Positions 48,044-51,342 of a DNA stretch of 51,342 nt are shown in pieces (within the stretch, counting starts at the first letter, position 1; every line of letters starts with the position of its first letter). The notes below the pieces were generated by a model, which worked only from the letters and a program-made list of their open reading frames with translations, did no database searches and was not told the origin of the DNA. Source of the stretch: Jimgerdemannia flammicorona (taxonomy: Eukaryota); assembly GCA_003990765.1 (NCBI GenBank), contig RBNJ01000023.1, positions 1-51,342 on the forward strand, written 5' to 3'. The position numbers were made by a program, and so were the translations under genes.

Positions 48044-49253
48044 GTCTCTTTCTCTACTATTATACCAGTTATAAGGTTTTGGTAAATGATCTTCTAAGTT
48101 CTCTTTATTCTACTTTTACTCCTTCTACCTTGGGTTAGTTTACTATACCTATAAGAGTACAGTAGAAGGGAGATGATGGTGATAAGTTATCTCTTTATTA
48201 GTGTCAGATCAGTGTTTTCTCTACTTTTTTATTATTTCTGATATCTCTGGCTATATCTGAAGTATACTCATTTTGGTGTAATATCTTCTTCCTTTTGCTA
48301 TCACCAATAAGATATCATTATGGATATTATAGACTATGTAAAAAGTTGCCCAACCTTAGGCATCAAGTATGAGTATAGATTATCTGCAAGTTGTCAGTAT
48401 TTATAGTAGGACTCTCTGAGCTTTGGTGAGCTTTCTGATGAGTATGGTTTTAGTATAAATGACTGTTTTTTGAAATAGGAGGGGAGATAGCTATCACAAT
48501 AGAAGAAAGAGTAATAATAGTGAACTAGTTAGATACCAGACTAGAGGTAGTCATTAGGGTTGAAATAGGTATTATCTCAGTAGGGCCTTTTGATTGGCTG
48601 GTAGAGAGTGGGGTAATATAGTAATTAGTATTCTGACTATACCCAACTAGAACTGAGAGCTGATGCAGTAATGTAATCAAGACCTACAGATTTGAGGAGT
48701 GAGACCTTTCTCATTAGTAATATCTAACTAGATCCAAGAGCTAATATGAGAATATAATCAAGACCTATAGGTTTAAGAAGTAGAAGTGGAGTCTTTTCAG
48801 ACCTTAGCCTATATATCAGTTCTTTTGAGAGAGTCTTGTATATAGGTCCTTTACTTATTTACTATGAATCTGTTCTGCTTCTTATTGATTGGTTGAAGGG
48901 TTTTTCTTTTGCCTTTAGCTTTTATTTAGAGTTAGAGAGATTATATTGTTCAGTTCTAATATTACTAAATCTAATATATAGATGTACTCTCATAGTCTTG
49001 AACTGATAATCCAGCCCTTGTAAACAGATAAGTCCAGTCTATGTATTATTAAGATAAAGTATACAATACTGCTCTTATATATATAGCTAAGATAGTAGAA
49101 CTACTGATTCTCTCTATAGTCTAAGAATAATGAGAGAATAGTACTTAAGGAAAGAAGGTGGGGGAGGGTTTTGACTTATATAGTCTAGGTTCTCTTCTAA
49201 TAAAAATCTGCAGAAACTTGATCTAATTAAAAAAAAAAAAAAAAAAAAAAAAA
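48044..49253 (+). mobile_element. Non-autonomous ~1.2-kb poly(A) retroposon, copy 2
   Basis: Colinear with 13181-14651; AATAAA 49199-49204, A tail 49229-49253; probable TSD gaggttcagatgaaagat (48026-48043) / gaggttcagatagaagac (49254-49271). Confidence 0.85.
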
Positions 49254-49563
49254 GAGGTTCAGATAGAAGACATAGAGATAGAAAAAGATAGAGATAGGAG
49301 TTTATATAGAGAAATTGATAGTGAGAGTTTAGATAGAGATAGTAAAGATAGCAAAAGTACTAGAGTAGAATAGAGTAGTAGATATAATATAAAATATACA
49401 TAGCTAATTTCTATTTTTATTATATAGCTATAATAAATATTTGCAAAATAACTATTAAAAATTAGATAATATATACATATTTTAATACCAAGAATGAACA
49501 ATTGCATATAGTGCTCTGCAAACCCGACCTGATTAACCCGAAACCCGACCCGTAAAACAGCCA

Positions 49564-49840
49564 ACCCGGAATTAGACGTCACCCATCTTTAACCCAACCC
49601 GGAATTATACATCACCCGTCTTTAACCCAACCCGGAATTATACATCACCCATCTTTAACCTGACCCAGAATTGTACGCCACCCATCTTTAACCCGGCCTG
49701 GAATAATACGTCACCCGTCTTTAACCCGACCTGGAAATGTATGTCACCCGACCCGTTATTTACCCTTAACCCAAACCTGAACCCAACCCCTGAACCCGAC
49801 CCTGAACCCGACCCCTGAACCCGACCCTGAACCCGACCCT
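49564..49840. repeat. hAT subterminal repeats: six 33-bp units then 13-bp ccctgaacccgac units
   Basis: acccggaattatacrtcacccrtctttaaccca at 33-bp spacing from 49564. Confidence 0.85.
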
Positions 49841-49887
49841 CTGAACTCTGCTCTGAAAAAATGATTCGGAAAATATTTGGATAATAT

Positions 49888-51342
49888 TCAGAGTAATTGA
49901 AAGTGAAAAATATCTGAAGACCACCAAGAATCCAAACACATGCATGCACGAATTGTATTTACACACAAGCTGTTTCGACGTTCAGTCACTAGCTCACCAG
50001 TAATAGAAAAAATACATTCAGATGGAACAGATGTTGCCGAAATAGCAAGATAATTGCGAGCCATTCATGAAAGATTAGGATATACCGACTGATTTCGCTG
50101 CCACCAATCCAGTATATCTATACGAGGATCCGCTGAATTCTCTGGCAAATAACTAAAACAGAGAAATATGAGTGAAAATTAACCAAGCCAATCAAAAAAC
50201 ATAAAAACAACACCCACCATTCAAGCTCATCATCCACATCGACGTGCTGTTTCTTCTCATATATTGAGTTGATAAAATCATCGGCATCACGAGATATTGA
50301 GGGTATAATGATAGCATTAACAGGCTTATACTCCTTTTCCCAGATACGTTCCATCTGATTCTTCCATTCATCAATTAAGGATTTTTTCCATTGCTTACGA
50401 TGGAAATAACGCATGTTGATACGTGGATCTAAGGCCGAAGCTATGCTGTATAATGGTGTCATCTTGCAGTAATACTTTAGAAGTTTCGTACGTGCATTCT
50501 CAGCAGCGGTAAGCATTATCTATAAAAAATAAAAATATACACATATTACTTCCCAATTACTTACTAAATTAGTTCCTAAATTCACAAATAAAATTACTTT
50601 CAAAATCATATATATACCTGATTAAAATGTTCACCAGTTTGATATGTATTGATGACATCTTCGAGGTGATCACATAGCCGATTAAATAGTGGGATAACAG
50701 TCACTATTGTAGAATACTTCGAAGCTGACATCACAGTTGTCACTTTGGCAAAAGGCTCGAGAAATCGGCAAATCAATTCAAATTGTTGCCATGTATCTTC
50801 AGATATATCACTCATTTGCTTATCCATAGCACACAATATATCCAAGCCCTATTTGGATGTAATATCAATTTATTTAGTACCAAAATACTTCCGAATTGTA
50901 TTCCAAAATCTATACAAATAGATTCAAAATATTACCTTACGAATCTCCAGAGCACGTGCTAACATTTCATGTGTAGAACTCCATCTCGTCGTAACATCTA
51001 AGAGAGGCTTCAAAATGGGAATTCCGGAGGATTCACAGACCTTCACCAGTTGTGCTTATCATTGCGCTGAATTTTTAATCTTCTTTATCAACTCCCGTAG
51101 CTTTTCAATGGGCTCGCTAAGAGAACCAAGAGCATCATGAATGACAAGATTCAACACATGCCCGAAACAGTATACATGAGCGAGCGGATGATAGAGATTC
51201 TCAAACAGAGTATCGTTGTTACTGGCATTGTCACACACAACAGCAATGATTTGATTGTCACTAGGCAATAAATCATCTATTACCAGCTCCAGACTTTTCG
51301 CAAGATTGGCACCCGTGTGTGTTATTTCGCTGATATTCACAA
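49888..51342 (-). pseudogene. hAT transposase with three introns and C-to-T nonsense mutations
   Basis: HTGANLA, CDNASNN, CFGHVLNL, DVTTRWSST, LDPR, LDWW..YPNLS*MARNYLAISATSVPSECIFS (dimerisation domain); introns ~50850-50936, ~50521-50618, ~50153-50216; stops at ~51056-51061 and ~50067-50069. Confidence 0.92.

Larger units (their letters stand above)
49509..51342 (-). mobile_element. hAT DNA transposon, 3' part (continues beyond the window)
   Basis: Probable terminus tagtgctctgcaaacccg at 49509, subterminal acccga-rich repeats, hAT transposase; abrupt switch to CpG-rich sequence at this point. Confidence 0.85.

Noticed and set aside
49564-49760. 33-bp repeats resembling a CRISPR array
   Set aside because: Units are head-to-tail with no unique spacers, lie at the end of a hAT element in a eukaryotic context, and no cas genes are present.
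49760-49845. Telomere-like repeats
   Set aside because: Units are ccctgaacccgac, not CCCTAA arrays, and are part of hAT subterminal sequence.

Overview
Eukaryotic, almost certainly fungal, repeat-rich genomic DNA. An early-diverging Mucoromycota-type lineage is inferred from the RI-type LRR, NB-ARC/SEL1/ankyrin and dUTPase-gypsy content; this is not proven. Most of the window is a nest of decayed transposons: three Ty1/copia copies (one structurally complete, 2165-7427), a complete 10.2 kb Ty3/gypsy element with dUTPase (17541-27781) plus relics of the same family, a Tc1/mariner element, two copies of a 1.2 kb poly(A) retroposon, a probable LINE relic and a young hAT element. Old repeats are almost CpG-free and show CpG and CpA/TpG transitions, while sharply bounded CpG-retaining islands hold the host-like genes. 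These are a tandem pair of intronless orphan ORFs (9.7-11.0 kb), an NB-ARC-SEL1-ankyrin NLR-like pseudogene, an F-box gene and an array of one-repeat-per-exon LRR cassettes. The main candidate discovery is a small helical protein family seen four times: as a hidden third ORF at the 3' end of the gypsy element, as a relic in the element the gypsy landed in, and as the two intact orphan genes, suggesting domestication (or capture) of a retrotransposon accessory gene. The gypsy Pol also carries a Zn2Cys6-like motif and two C-x-H/CxxC motifs before its dUTPase. All alignments were done by eye; no database searches were run.
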